Part shown: positions 41,159 through 53,244 of the stretch, piece after piece
How positions within the stretch are numbered: position 1 is the first letter of the stretch
Layout: each line of letters opens with the position of its first letter
NCBI GenBank assembly: GCA_964611355.1
Contig: CAZSYD010000012.1
Location: 1 to 59,917, forward strand
Direction of reading: 5' to 3'
DNA length: 59,917 nt
From: an uncultured Ignavibacteriales bacterium
GTDB lineage: Bacteria; Zixibacteria; MSB-5A5; GN15; JAAZOE01
Made by a program: the position numbers and the translations under genes
Notes under the pieces: model-generated
Told to the model about the DNA's origin: nothing
What the model saw: the letters and a program-made list of their open reading frames with translations, nothing else
The model's database searches: none

Positions 41159-43105
41159 TTACTCTGTTTCCTCCGCCGGAGCTTGTTCGAAACGGCCGCC
41201 CAGATATTTGGCCAGGAATTTTTCGGCACCCGCGTAGAATTCCAACCGGTTTTCCGGCCTGGCAAAGCCATGCCCTTCGTCTTCAAAAAGCATGTACTCG
41301 TATTCCACGTTGTTTTTCTTCATCGCTTCCACGATCTGCTCCGATTCCGCCTTGTCCACGCGCGGGTCATGAGCGCCCTGGGCGATCAGCATCGGAATCG
41401 TGATCTGGTCAGCCTTGAAAAAAGGCGACCGCGACTTGAGGAACTCCTCATCGGTTTCCGGATTACCCACCCTCTTGTACATGATATTCAGGAAGGTTTT
41501 CCAGTATGGCGGAATCGTTTTAATAAATGTCAGCAGGTTGCTGGGGCCGACGACATCGACCGCGCAGCAGAATACGTCGGGCGTGAAAGTGGCGCCGACC
41601 AGTGCGGCATAACCGCCGTAGGAACCGCCGTAGATGGCGATCTTTTTGGGATCGGCGATACCGTTATCGATGGCCCAGTTGACGCCGTCGATCAAATCGT
41701 CGTGCATTTTGCCGCCCCATTCCTTGTCGCCGGCGTTAAGGAAATTCTTGCCGTATCCGCTGGAACCCCGGAAGTTTACCTGCAGGCAGACATACCCCCG
41801 GTTGGCAATCCACTGCGCCTCCGGCGTGTAACCCCATGAATCCCTGTACCAGGGCCCGCCGTGGACATTCAGAACCATCGGCAGATTCTTTTTCTCCTTG
41901 CCGGGAGGATAGGTGATATATCCGTGGATGGTCAGGCCGTCGCGGGAAGTAAACGAAACCGGTTCCATCGGCGTCAGCGTATAGCTGGTGAGGTCCGGCC
42001 GGTGATGAAACAGGAAGGTGGCCTTTTTGGTTTCGCGGTCATAGGCGTAATACGGAATCGGGCCGTCGTCGGCCGTGAAACCAACCAGCCAGGTATCATC
42101 AGCGTCGTCGCGGCTGCTGACAAAAATGTCGCCGTGATGAAGCTTTTTGATTGTCTCAATATCTTCCCTGATCGACTCATCGAGAATAACAATTTCCTGC
42201 CGTTCCTTTTCAAACATGACCGCCTGGATTTCATAGGTATCCGGGTGAGCCATGATACCGCTGACGTCGTAATTCGGGTCATGGGCCAGGATTTCCGTTT
42301 CTCCGCTGGCAATATTCATCTTTGTCAGGCGGCCGGCATTGACATCTCGAGAATCAATCAAATACATATACTTGCCGTCTTTGGTAAAACCGAGACCGCC
42401 GCTCGACAAGGCGTCCTGCGGGCCCCATTTAACGAGCGGTTTCCATTTGGATTTCTCGTTTTTTCGCACTTTCAGTTCATACCCGCCCTCGGCGTCGGTA
42501 AACAGAGCGGCTCGAACCTTCAGCTTGGCGTCTGCAATCCAACCGGCGATATTACCGGGGTTTTTGGCTACTTTTTTCAAATCCCCGGTCACCAGGTTGA
42601 GATGATATGCGTCATGAAGCGCCTGGTTTTCCTTGTTCATCCCGATCAGTATTTCATCGGGGAAATTTTTGTCCTGCTGGATAATGTTCACCGTGATGCT
42701 GTCAAACGGGGTCAGGTCTCCGGTCTCGCCGGTTTCCAGGCTGGTGGCGTAAAGGCGGTAGTTTTCGTCGCCTTTTCTATCCTGAAGGTACATAATATGC
42801 TTGTTGTCTCCCGCCCAGAAATATCGCCTGATTCCGCGAAGAGTATCTTTGGTAACCGGTTTGGCGTTATCCTGACCGATGGTTCCGACCCAGACGTTTA
42901 GAACGTCATTAACCGGCGCCAGGTAAGACATCATGGTTCCGTCCGGCGACAGCCTTGGGGTGGCCTTTTCCGGATTCCCGAAGATCACCTTCCTGGGGAT
43001 CAGCTTCGGCTCTTTCGAGATTCCCTTGGTGCTGCAGGAAGTAATCAGCGTTCCGACCAGAAGCAGGCACAGGAAAAGCGCCGCCAATGTCTTCAGGCTT
43101 TTCAT
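41159..43105 (-). CDS. S9 family peptidase (DAP2-like), probable lipoprotein
   Basis: HGGP, GGSYGGY, D.RV and DEGHGF triad motifs; lipobox ITSC; start moved to ATG 43105 after AAGGAG. Confidence 0.93.
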   Translation of the reverse strand: MKSLKTLAALFLCLLLVGTLITSCSTKGISKEPKLIPRKVIFGNPEKATPRLSPDGTMMSYLAPVNDVLNVWVGTIGQDNAKPVTKDTLRGIRRYFWAGDNKHIMYLQDRKGDENYRLYATSLETGETGDLTPFDSITVNIIQQDKNFPDEILIGMNKENQALHDAYHLNLVTGDLKKVAKNPGNIAGWIADAKLKVRAALFTDAEGGYELKVRKNEKSKWKPLVKWGPQDALSSGGLGFTKDGKYMYLIDSRDVNAGRLTKMNIASGETEILAHDPNYDVSGIMAHPDTYEIQAVMFEKERQEIVILDESIREDIETIKKLHHGDIFVSSRDDADDTWLVGFTADDGPIPYYAYDRETKKATFLFHHRPDLTSYTLTPMEPVSFTSRDGLTIHGYITYPPGKEKKNLPMVLNVHGGPWYRDSWGYTPEAQWIANRGYVCLQVNFRGSSGYGKNFLNAGDKEWGGKMHDDLIDGVNWAIDNGIADPKKIAIYGGSYGGYAALVGATFTPDVFCCAVDVVGPSNLLTFIKTIPPYWKTFLNIMYKRVGNPETDEEFLKSRSPFFKADQITIPMLIAQGAHDPRVDKAESEQIVEAMKKNNVEYEYMLFEDEGHGFARPENRLEFYAGAEKFLAKYLGGRFEQAPAEETE

Positions 43106-43316
43106 TTTGGTAACTCCTTCCTTAATATGGATATGATAAAACGTACGTTTTCCAATCCGAAAGGTTTTTTTCAAAACATGCACTTGAAAGTAAAAAACAA
43201 TTTTTGTCTTGGCAAGAGCTTTCTCGATCTATTGTCTTGGCTCATCTCGAACAAACACCTGCACCTGGCCGTTTTTTATTGCGTCGAGTGATATGTGAAC
43301 CTATTATAATTCTATT

Positions 43317-44024
43317 ATGAGCGAAGTTGATACCGCCCGGATTGCGGAGAATATAAAGGCAGTCAAAGACCGGATAAAACAGGCGGCGGACAGGTCGGGA
43401 CGCGACCCCGAAGGTATTACCCTGGTGGCGGTGTCGAAAATGTTCCCGGCCGAAGTAATCGAACCCGCTGTGGCCGCCGGCGTCGCCGATATCGGCGAAA
43501 GCCGCGTGCAGGAAGGAACCGACAAAATCAAGTTGCTGGGGAAGATCGCCCGCTGGCACATGATCGGTCACCTGCAATCGAACAAGGCCGCCCCTGCCGT
43601 CAGGCACTTCGACATGATTCAGTCGATTGATTCGGTTCGCCTGGCGGAAAAAGTATCTCAGCAGGCGGTCAGCTACGATAAAACAATCGACTGCCTTATC
43701 GAGGTTAAATCCTCCAGCGAAGAGAGCAAGTACGGCTTTTTACCGGTGGACGTACTGACGGCGGCGGAACAAATAGAAAAACTGCCGGGGATCAATCTTT
43801 GCGGTTTGATGACCGTCGGACCGTGGGTAACCGACGAGGGACGCGTTAAAAAAGCCTTTGATCTCACCAGGGAAATTTTCGAGAATATGAAAGAATCGCT
43901 TGGGCCGAAAATCAAAATCCTGTCAATGGGTATGTCCTCCGATTATCGGCTGGCTATCGAGTGCGGCTCCACCATGGTCCGGGTCGGCGCCGCCATATTT
44001 GGAAAGAGGCATAAAAAAACCTAA
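43317..44024 (+). CDS. yggS: PLP homeostasis protein (YggS family)
   Basis: LVAVSK, GESRVQE, WHMIGHLQSNK and LSMGMS.D motifs. Confidence 0.95.
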   Translation: MSEVDTARIAENIKAVKDRIKQAADRSGRDPEGITLVAVSKMFPAEVIEPAVAAGVADIGESRVQEGTDKIKLLGKIARWHMIGHLQSNKAAPAVRHFDMIQSIDSVRLAEKVSQQAVSYDKTIDCLIEVKSSSEESKYGFLPVDVLTAAEQIEKLPGINLCGLMTVGPWVTDEGRVKKAFDLTREIFENMKESLGPKIKILSMGMSSDYRLAIECGSTMVRVGAAIFGKRHKKT

Positions 44025-44044
44025 AAAACTTTGAGAGATTAGCC

Positions 44045-44743
44045 ATGGAAACAACGCCAAACGATCTGCGTCAGCAGCAATTCGAGATCAAATTCCGCGG
44101 GTACAACCCGGATGACGTTGAAGTATTTCGTGATCTGGCCGCCGACGCGCTTGAGGAAGCGCGGGCCGAGGGGCTTAAACTGACCGAGGAGAACAGGCAT
44201 CTCAGGGAAAGACTGGAATATCTGGTCTCCATCGAAGAAACGCTCAAGGCCGCCGTGCTGGAAGCCCAAAAGAACGCCGAATCTACTATCGGCAACGCCA
44301 AAGAAGAAGCGGAAATGACCGTCACCCACGCCAAAAAAGAAGCGGAACTGATTATCCGGGAGGCGCATCAGCGACGCGATGAGGTTGTCGCCGATATGCA
44401 CCGCCAGATGAGCAAACTCGTCGGCGATATCAATAAGATCCGCTTCATCCGGTCAAACTACCTGAGTAAGCTGAAGGTATTGATTAACTCCCAACTGGAG
44501 ATGATAGAAAACGAGATCAGGGAGGATCAAAAGGAAAAACCGGCATCGTCCGAAATCCCGCAGGAAATGCCAATAACCGCGCAACAGCCTCCGCAGGGTG
44601 AAACTCCGTATGAAGCGCCGGCCGAGACCGAGACCGAAGCTCCCGTTGAAACTCCGCCCGAAGCTGAGACTGAAGAACAGGAAGAAAAAACGCAGGAAGA
44701 TGATGAATGGAAAGACCTCAGAGAAGAATTAACCGAGGAATAA
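44045..44743 (+). CDS. divIVA: DivIVA domain protein with acidic tail
   Basis: TPNDL.QQ.F...FRGYNPDDV..F followed by coiled coil. Confidence 0.88.
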   Translation: METTPNDLRQQQFEIKFRGYNPDDVEVFRDLAADALEEARAEGLKLTEENRHLRERLEYLVSIEETLKAAVLEAQKNAESTIGNAKEEAEMTVTHAKKEAELIIREAHQRRDEVVADMHRQMSKLVGDINKIRFIRSNYLSKLKVLINSQLEMIENEIREDQKEKPASSEIPQEMPITAQQPPQGETPYEAPAETETEAPVETPPEAETEEQEEKTQEDDEWKDLREELTEE

Positions 44744-44747
44744 AACA

Positions 44748-45569
44748 ATGGAAAAACTTTATGATATGATCAAAGAATCAGCCGGGTTCATCAGAGAGAA
44801 AACCGATTTAACCCCCAAAGTCGGCATCATTCTCGGCACCGGTTTGGGGTCTCTGGCCGACAGCATCGACGTCAAAGAAAGCATCGATTACGATCTTATC
44901 CCGTACTTCCCCGTTTCGACGGTCGAGTCGCATCACGGTCGTCTGCTTTTGGGCATGCTGAAAGGTAAACCGGTTGTCGCCATGCAGGGCCGGTTCCATT
45001 TTTACGAAGGTTACACCATGAAGCAGGTAACCTTTCCGGTGCGGGTGATGAAAGAGCTGGGCGTCGAAACGCTGATTGTTTCCAACGCCTGCGGCGGCTT
45101 GAATCCGCTTTTCAAAGGCGGCGATATCATGGTCATCACCGATCATATCAATTTATTGGGGCACAACCCTCTCATCGGCAAAAACGACGACCGCCTCGGC
45201 GCACGCTTCCCCGATATGTATAACTGCTACGATAAAGACCTTATCAAACTGGCCGAAGAAGCGGCTCTCGAATTAAAGTTTCCCTTAAAGAAAGGCGTTT
45301 ACGTCTCGGTCGCCGGGCCTAATTTGGAGACCGCCGCCGAGTATCGTTTCCTGCGGACAATCGGCGCCGACGTGGTCGGCATGTCCACCGTTCCCGAAGT
45401 TATCGCGGCGCGCCATCAGGGCACGCGCGTTCTGGGAATGTCGATTATAACCGATATGGGTTTGCCCGATGCATTGAAACCGTGCAGTCTGGATCGCATC
45501 ATCGCCACCGCCAACCGCGCCGAACCCCACCTCCGCGACATCATCTCCGGCGTGGTGGAACGGATGTAA
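44748..45569 (+). CDS. Purine nucleoside phosphorylase, trimeric type
   Basis: IILGTGLG, GRFHFYEG, GPNLET.AE and VGMSTVPE motifs. Confidence 0.95.
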   Translation: MEKLYDMIKESAGFIREKTDLTPKVGIILGTGLGSLADSIDVKESIDYDLIPYFPVSTVESHHGRLLLGMLKGKPVVAMQGRFHFYEGYTMKQVTFPVRVMKELGVETLIVSNACGGLNPLFKGGDIMVITDHINLLGHNPLIGKNDDRLGARFPDMYNCYDKDLIKLAEEAALELKFPLKKGVYVSVAGPNLETAAEYRFLRTIGADVVGMSTVPEVIAARHQGTRVLGMSIITDMGLPDALKPCSLDRIIATANRAEPHLRDIISGVVERM

Positions 45570-45600
45570 AGTGGGATTTGTAATTATGCTTCCCCGCCGC

Positions 45601-45627
45601 GGGTGCCCCGCTCCTTCAGGAGTGGGG
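45601..45627 (+). repeat. REP-like hairpin upstream of the RAYT
   Basis: GGGTG-CCCCGCTCC-TTCA-GGAGTGGGG. Confidence 0.7.
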
Positions 45628-45684
45628 AAAGATATTGATATGAAATGTGATTGCAATACGTGGTTATCAACCATATTCTAAATT

Positions 45685-46221
45685 ATGGTAAAACTTCGTC
45701 ATTTTGACAAATTTGAGACAGCAAGATTTGTCACCTTTTCATGCTATCACCGCTATCGTTTGTTTTATGGGGATTATATCTATGAACTGTTTCTACGTCA
45801 TTTGGAGCAATTTCGACAGCGTTACGATATTCAGTTATTAGGTTACGTAGTAATGCCGCATCATGTTCATTTAGTCCTGAACCCCAAGTATGAGATAGCT
45901 TTGGGTCGAGCTATCGGTTTTCTAAAAGCCCGTTTTGCTTATGAAATAATCCAACAATGGAAAGGAAGGGGGTTACGTACTCTTAATTGGCTTCGGACAA
46001 TGCGAGACGGAAAAGAAATTATTAACTTCTGGCAGAAGCGGTGTTATGATCATAATTGTCGTACCTTGGCAACAGTTAGAGAAAAAATAAATTATTGCCA
46101 TATGAATCCCGTTCGTGCCGGTTTGGTTTCTGATCCGGACGAATGGAGATGGTCCAGTTATAGGTGGTATCAGGGTATTCGGGATAGTATTGTTATCGTA
46201 GATGAAGTTGATTTGAGTTGA
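45685..46221 (+). mobile_element. REP-associated tyrosine transposase (RAYT, HUH/Y1)
   Basis: FVTFSC, YVVMPHHVHL (HUH), FWQ..CYDH, Y.HMNPVRAGL and W.WSSY motifs. Confidence 0.92.
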
Positions 46222-46230
46222 TTAGACTAA

Positions 46231-46256
46231 CCCCACGTCTGCAGACGTAGGGCACC
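46231..46256 (-). repeat. Inverted REP-like hairpin downstream of the RAYT
   Basis: Minus strand GGTG-CCCTACGTCT-GC-AGACGTGGGG; same GGTGCCC..TGGGG frame as the upstream copy. Confidence 0.7.
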
Positions 46257-46324
46257 AGCGCGGACGATAGTTATGCGTAGATTGGCATAAAACAGATGTA
46301 CTCCTATTATAGTTGAGGGTAGTG

Positions 46325-47230
46325 ATGATGAAGACAATACATGATTCAAGAAATGAACAAGCGGAATTTGATCGGGCCATGGGACTATTTGATGATGAAA
46401 AATACTCAGAAGCGATTGATATTTGTCTGAATCTGCTAAACAGTAAAGATTGCAATATTGCTGAATACGAATTGAGGATGCTTCTTGGAATGGCATATTC
46501 TTGCGCCGAACAATATAATGATGCCATTACGCAATTGGAAATAGCACTGCAGGAAATTCAGGATAATGAGGAGGATGACCATTTAACTTTGATTATGCTG
46601 TACTATTTGGCATCTTCATATTTTGCGGTGGAGAAATTTGATATTTCAATAAATCTTTACGAAAAAGCTAGTCATTATCTACACCACTATGAAGATAGTG
46701 GTCAAATTGTCGATTTATGTCGTTTTTTAATTGGCAAAGGTAGATGCTATCTATATCTGGGGATACCTGATAAGGCGTTGCATGAATTTATTAAGGCCGA
46801 GAAATATGTGAAAATGATACCATTTGCTGACTATAAGGATAAATATATAAATATGACTAAATTTGAAATAGGGCGTGCCTACGTTTACCTTAGGAAGTTG
46901 AAGCTGGCATACAAATATATGACTAATATTGATACTTCCGCAATGGATTCAGGAGACATTGCGCATTATAATTTTACTATTTTTAAGCTTTATGCCCTCC
47001 ATGGTAATTATAAAGCCGCGGTTCAAATGCATGATAAAGTTAAAGATTTTGGTTCCGCCTGCGATCAATCTGAAATTGCCTATCTAATGGGGATTTCACA
47101 TTTCCACTTGAAGAACTTTAACGAAGCACGTAGATTTCTTCTCAAAGTTCAGGATTCGAAAGAAGCATATGATTATGTTAAAGCTGGAGTTTCAGGCTTT
47201 TTGCGAAAATTAGAAAGGAAATCGCAATAA
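46325..47230 (+). CDS. TPR-repeat protein, AT-rich
   Basis: Repeated LG.AY....Y..A helical motifs; visibly AT-richer than flanking genes. Confidence 0.7.
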   Translation: MMKTIHDSRNEQAEFDRAMGLFDDEKYSEAIDICLNLLNSKDCNIAEYELRMLLGMAYSCAEQYNDAITQLEIALQEIQDNEEDDHLTLIMLYYLASSYFAVEKFDISINLYEKASHYLHHYEDSGQIVDLCRFLIGKGRCYLYLGIPDKALHEFIKAEKYVKMIPFADYKDKYINMTKFEIGRAYVYLRKLKLAYKYMTNIDTSAMDSGDIAHYNFTIFKLYALHGNYKAAVQMHDKVKDFGSACDQSEIAYLMGISHFHLKNFNEARRFLLKVQDSKEAYDYVKAGVSGFLRKLERKSQ

Positions 47231-47609
47231 GAAGTCTGTTTCATGTACTTGGTACCGCCCCCCAGCGGGTGAGTCATAATATCCCTCCTGAGACGCCGCC
47301 GACAATAACCGAATCGCCATCTACAAAACAGTTTCGCAACATCATCACCGCTAATCCAAAAACCCCCGCCTTCTATGGATGACTATGTCAAATTATTCAA
47401 ATATATGTGGGCAAAACGTGAACCACTCCAACAATCACCACCAAACCTGTAGTTGCAAAATATAAATATGATGAAACGAACCCATTTCCCCGTATCCGCA
47501 TGGCCGGTATCAGGATACATGATGTTTTCAACTTCTGGAATTGTGGATAACTATTATGGATAATTGACAGGTATCCCACAGCTTGCTGCCGATAAAAACA
47601 GCGCGATTC

Positions 47610-48913
47610 TTACAGCAAGAAAATACGGGAGCGGTTTTTTACCACGCCCGATGTGGCGTTGCGAGTGTCGAAAACCATTTTCGAATTATCAACTACCCAC
47701 TGGTAATTGTAATCGCTGTGGTCGGTCAAAATCACGGTCAGCTCGCTCTTATTTAATACCGAAGCCGTCAGCCGCGACGATTTGAGAGAGGTTTTGTCCC
47801 AGTTGACGGCCGGGACGTAAGGATCATTATATTTAGTCTTTGCGCCCAGATTTTCCAGAATCCTGATAACATCCAGCGCCGGTGATTCGCGGATGTCGCA
47901 GATATTTTTCTTGTACGCCACGCCGAGGACCATAATTTTGCATCCATTGACCGCTTTCCCATGATCGTTGAGAAGCCCCGTGATGCGATCGACCACCCAT
48001 TCCGGCATATGAGAATTGATATCGCCGGCCAGCTCGATAAAACGCGCGTAATAGTTGAGCGTTTTCAGTTTCCACGAAAGGTAATGGGGATCGATCGGGA
48101 TGCAGTGGCCGCCCAGGCCGGGTCCCGGGTAGAATGGCATAAAACCGAACGGCTTGGTTGCGGCGGCGTTGATGATCTCCCAGACGTCCAGTTTTAACCG
48201 GCGACACATAACTGCGACTTCATTAACCAGACCGATATTAACCGAACGGAACGTGTTTTCCAGAAGCTTGACCATTTCGGCCGCGCGCGTCGAAGAGACG
48301 GCATAAATGGAAGGTATCACCTGCTCGTAATAGGCTTTGGCGATCCGGGTGCATTTTTCCGTCTGGCCGCCTACCACCCGCGGGGTGGTCTTGGTTGTAA
48401 AGTAAGCGTTGCCGGGATCGACCCGTTCGGGAGAAAAGGCCAGGTAAAAATCGCGGCCGGCTTTGAGGCCGCTTTCCTCGAGAATCGGCCGGATAACTTC
48501 GTCGGTGGTGCCGGGGTAGGTGGTCGATTCGAGGACAATCAGCATATCCTTGTGCAGGTACTTCTTCAGCCATTTGATAGCCGCTATGATGTAGCTGATA
48601 TCAGGGTCTTTGGTCTTGGATAAAGGCGTCGGCACGCAGATGGAAACGCAGTCCATTTTGGCCAGAAGTTTATCATCGGTAGTCGCCCTGAGGTGCCCCG
48701 ATTTTACCTGGGGCGCAACACGATTGTCGGGAATGTCGTCAATGTATGATCGTCCGCCGTTTATGAGCTTGACTTTTTCCGTCGAGATGTCAAAACCGGT
48801 AACCTTATACCCGCCCTCGGCAAATTCCACCGCCAGCGGCAAGCCGACATATCCCAGGCCGATAATACCGACCCGGGCGCTTCTATCTCTGATTCGATCG
48901 ATCAGTTTCTTCT

Positions 48914-48917
<4 letters not shown>
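47610..48917 (-). CDS. Nucleotide-sugar dehydrogenase (UDP-GlcNAc 6-dehydrogenase, WbpA/TviB-like)
   Basis: GLGYVGLPLA, CVPTP, SPERVDPG and GGHCIP.DP motifs. Confidence 0.92.
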
Positions 48918-50855
<1,938 letters not shown>

Positions 50856-51114
50856 TTAAATGGGTACAATTTTATGCATCGAATATACAAGTATGGAATA
50901 TGAGGGTCAAATAGTTTTAAGCGCCAACTCGGGCCAATATAAATCAGGTTGCTTGGGTTCCTTGCCTCGTGTGCGGGTGCATATGGGAAATAACCTGTAC
51001 TTGAAGCCTCTCTAAAACAATTGATTATGGGCTTGGGAATAAAGGCTTATCGTGATGAGGAAACGTAAAAGTACAATCTATCATTGGCCCTGAGAATGAC
51101 GATGATTTGCCGGT

Positions 51115-51141
51115 TTCAGTTTTGCCCCCGTCAGCCGATAC
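51115..51141 (+). promoter_or_regulatory. Candidate sigma28 (FliA) promoter
   Basis: TTCAGTTT-N11-GCCGATAC versus consensus TAAAGTTT-N11-GCCGATAA; upstream of the kinase-cheV pair. Confidence 0.6.
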
Positions 51142-51196
51142 AGACATGGCAGGTCTTTATCTTGATATGGGGCCAATATAAATATACCGGTTGTTT

Positions 51197-51961
51197 ATGG
51201 GTATGAAAAGTACATCAAACGGGGCCAAAACCACGGATATAACCGCCGGTGAGAAGCAGGCTCTCCAGTTTGTCTCGATGTTCGTGCATGATCTGGAAGG
51301 GCCGCTGGTATCTATGAAAACGCTTTTGCGTCTCCTGGAACGGGAGAAGTTCGATCAAAAAAAGCCGGCCCACCAGGCGCTTCTAACTTCTGCCGATATC
51401 GCCGTCAACCGCGCCGAAGCGCTTATCTATGACCTTTTAACGGTTGCCCGATCGGGTGAGTCAAACTTGGTTGTTGATCTGAAAGATTGCAACCTGAACC
51501 GGCTGATTACCGATAGTTGCCTTATGGCCGAACCTTCGGCGCAGGAAAACCGCGTCCGTATTATGATGAAATTGCCGGAAGAGAATACTGTTGTCCTGGC
51601 GGATAGGCTGCTGGTGGAACGGGTACTGGATAACCTGATTTTTAACGGCATCCGGCACACCCCGCCGAACGGTAATGTCACCATAGAAGTCATGCCCGGC
51701 AAAACCGAAGTCGAGATAGCCGTCTCCGACACCGGGCCGGGATTTAAGGATATGGACCCGGAAGACCTTTTCACCATATTCAAACAGACTGACTATCGTG
51801 TTCGCGGCCTTCACCGCGGGGTGGGCGTTGGCCTATATCTCTGTCGTCTGGCCGTGGACAAAATGGATGGAAATATACAAGCTGAAAACAGCCCCGATGG
51901 CGGGGCTTTATTCCGTTTTACCTTACCTATCAGGGGGAAACATCATGAAGACAGAAGCTGA
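51197..51961 (+). CDS. Cytoplasmic histidine kinase (HisKA + HATPase only)
   Basis: VHDLEGPL H-box near the N-terminus, NL..NG.RH, DTGPG and G.GVGL; no TM. Confidence 0.88.
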   Translation: MGMKSTSNGAKTTDITAGEKQALQFVSMFVHDLEGPLVSMKTLLRLLEREKFDQKKPAHQALLTSADIAVNRAEALIYDLLTVARSGESNLVVDLKDCNLNRLITDSCLMAEPSAQENRVRIMMKLPEENTVVLADRLLVERVLDNLIFNGIRHTPPNGNVTIEVMPGKTEVEIAVSDTGPGFKDMDPEDLFTIFKQTDYRVRGLHRGVGVGLYLCRLAVDKMDGNIQAENSPDGGALFRFTLPIRGKHHEDRS

Positions 51962-52934
51962 CTCATACCTGAAAAGCGGCTCAAACGAAGTCCGAATCCT
52001 GGAGTACAAAATGGGCGGCGCTAGTTTTGGGATTAATATTCTCAAGGTCAACAGTATCGTCTCAAAAGTGACGTTGAAAACAACCACCCCGGACTCCCAC
52101 CCGGCCGTCAAGGGTATTTTCGAAAATCGCGGCCGGGTAATTCCGATTATCGATCTGGCCAAATTCCTGGGTCTGCCGGCCATAGATGAAAGCCATAACG
52201 CCAAGTTCATTATCACTGAATTCTTTGAGATATCCAACGGCTTTCTGGTTGAACGGGTTGACTGGATCCATCATTTCAAATGGGAAGACGTCATAGACGC
52301 CGACGGCGTTCTGCGTAATCTCGATCACCGCTATGTGTTGGGAATGGTCAAACCGACTGAGGATCACATTATTCTTCTTTTGGACTATGAGTCGATTATC
52401 CTTGACCTTTGCCCCACCTTGCAAAAGACAGAGATGTCCAAGGCTGCCAAGCTCGACTTCTCCGGCGAAGGCAGAAAAGTCTTGATCGCCGAGGATTCCC
52501 CGTCGGTCCGGGCGATGCTGGCCACGGAACTGGGTGAAATCGGGTTTGAAACCGTGGCTGTGGCCGACGGCATCGAAGCTTTGAATACGCTCAAGCTTGA
52601 TCCGGAAGCATTCTCAATGGTAATCTCCGACGTCGAAATGCCCAGGATGGACGGGCTGGCGCTAACCGTTGCGATCAGAGACGGCGAGGCCAAGTGTGAC
52701 AGTAATCTTCCCGTTGTCGTCTATTCCTCAATAGGTGATATGGGTATGAAGAACCGGGCTGAATTCCTGCGGGCTAATGCCCATGTTACCAAGCTTAACG
52801 TCGATGAACTGCTCCTTATCGTCAGGGACCTGATTAAAGGCAGCGGAACAAAACATCAGGCGCTTGAGGGAAAGACTGAAAAGGAATACGAAGAAGCTGC
52901 AGAAGAGATAGAAGAACTCCAGCCGGCCGATTGA
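51945..52934 (+). CDS. cheV: Chemotaxis protein CheV (CheW + receiver)
   Basis: SG.NE..ILE, FGINILKV, RG..IP.IDL, AEDS and SDVEMPRMDG motifs; start moved to ATG 51945. Confidence 0.88.
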   Translation: MKTEADSYLKSGSNEVRILEYKMGGASFGINILKVNSIVSKVTLKTTTPDSHPAVKGIFENRGRVIPIIDLAKFLGLPAIDESHNAKFIITEFFEISNGFLVERVDWIHHFKWEDVIDADGVLRNLDHRYVLGMVKPTEDHIILLLDYESIILDLCPTLQKTEMSKAAKLDFSGEGRKVLIAEDSPSVRAMLATELGEIGFETVAVADGIEALNTLKLDPEAFSMVISDVEMPRMDGLALTVAIRDGEAKCDSNLPVVVYSSIGDMGMKNRAEFLRANAHVTKLNVDELLLIVRDLIKGSGTKHQALEGKTEKEYEEAAEEIEELQPAD

Positions 52935-53244
52935 GACCGGCTGGAACGAGTCGTTACCGGTTATAATCACCGTTTTTATTGCTGTCGTACAGGGCTGGAC
53001 GCAAAGCAGACTTTTCTGATAAGCCTTATTGGTCATCGTTTTCGCCGTTACCTTTCCATGTGCCGATATAACCGGAATCTCTTCGACTTCAGAATACCCG
53101 AGTTTAGACAGAATAATCCTTGATAAATCGGCCCGTTTCGATATATTGCTTCAAATCATTGCGGTTTATTTCAACTAACGACTTTGTCGTGCCGGGTAAG
53201 GCATACTTTTGCCGTGTGGTTTGCAGGGCAGGAGAAGAAACGGT

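Noticed and set aside
41183..42901. Plus-strand ORFs opposite the S9 peptidase
   Set aside because: Antisense shadows; the same applies to similar ORFs over prs, gmd, menB and aconitase
53062..53069. GCCGATAT as a second sigma28 promoter
   Set aside because: No matching -35 element at the required spacing
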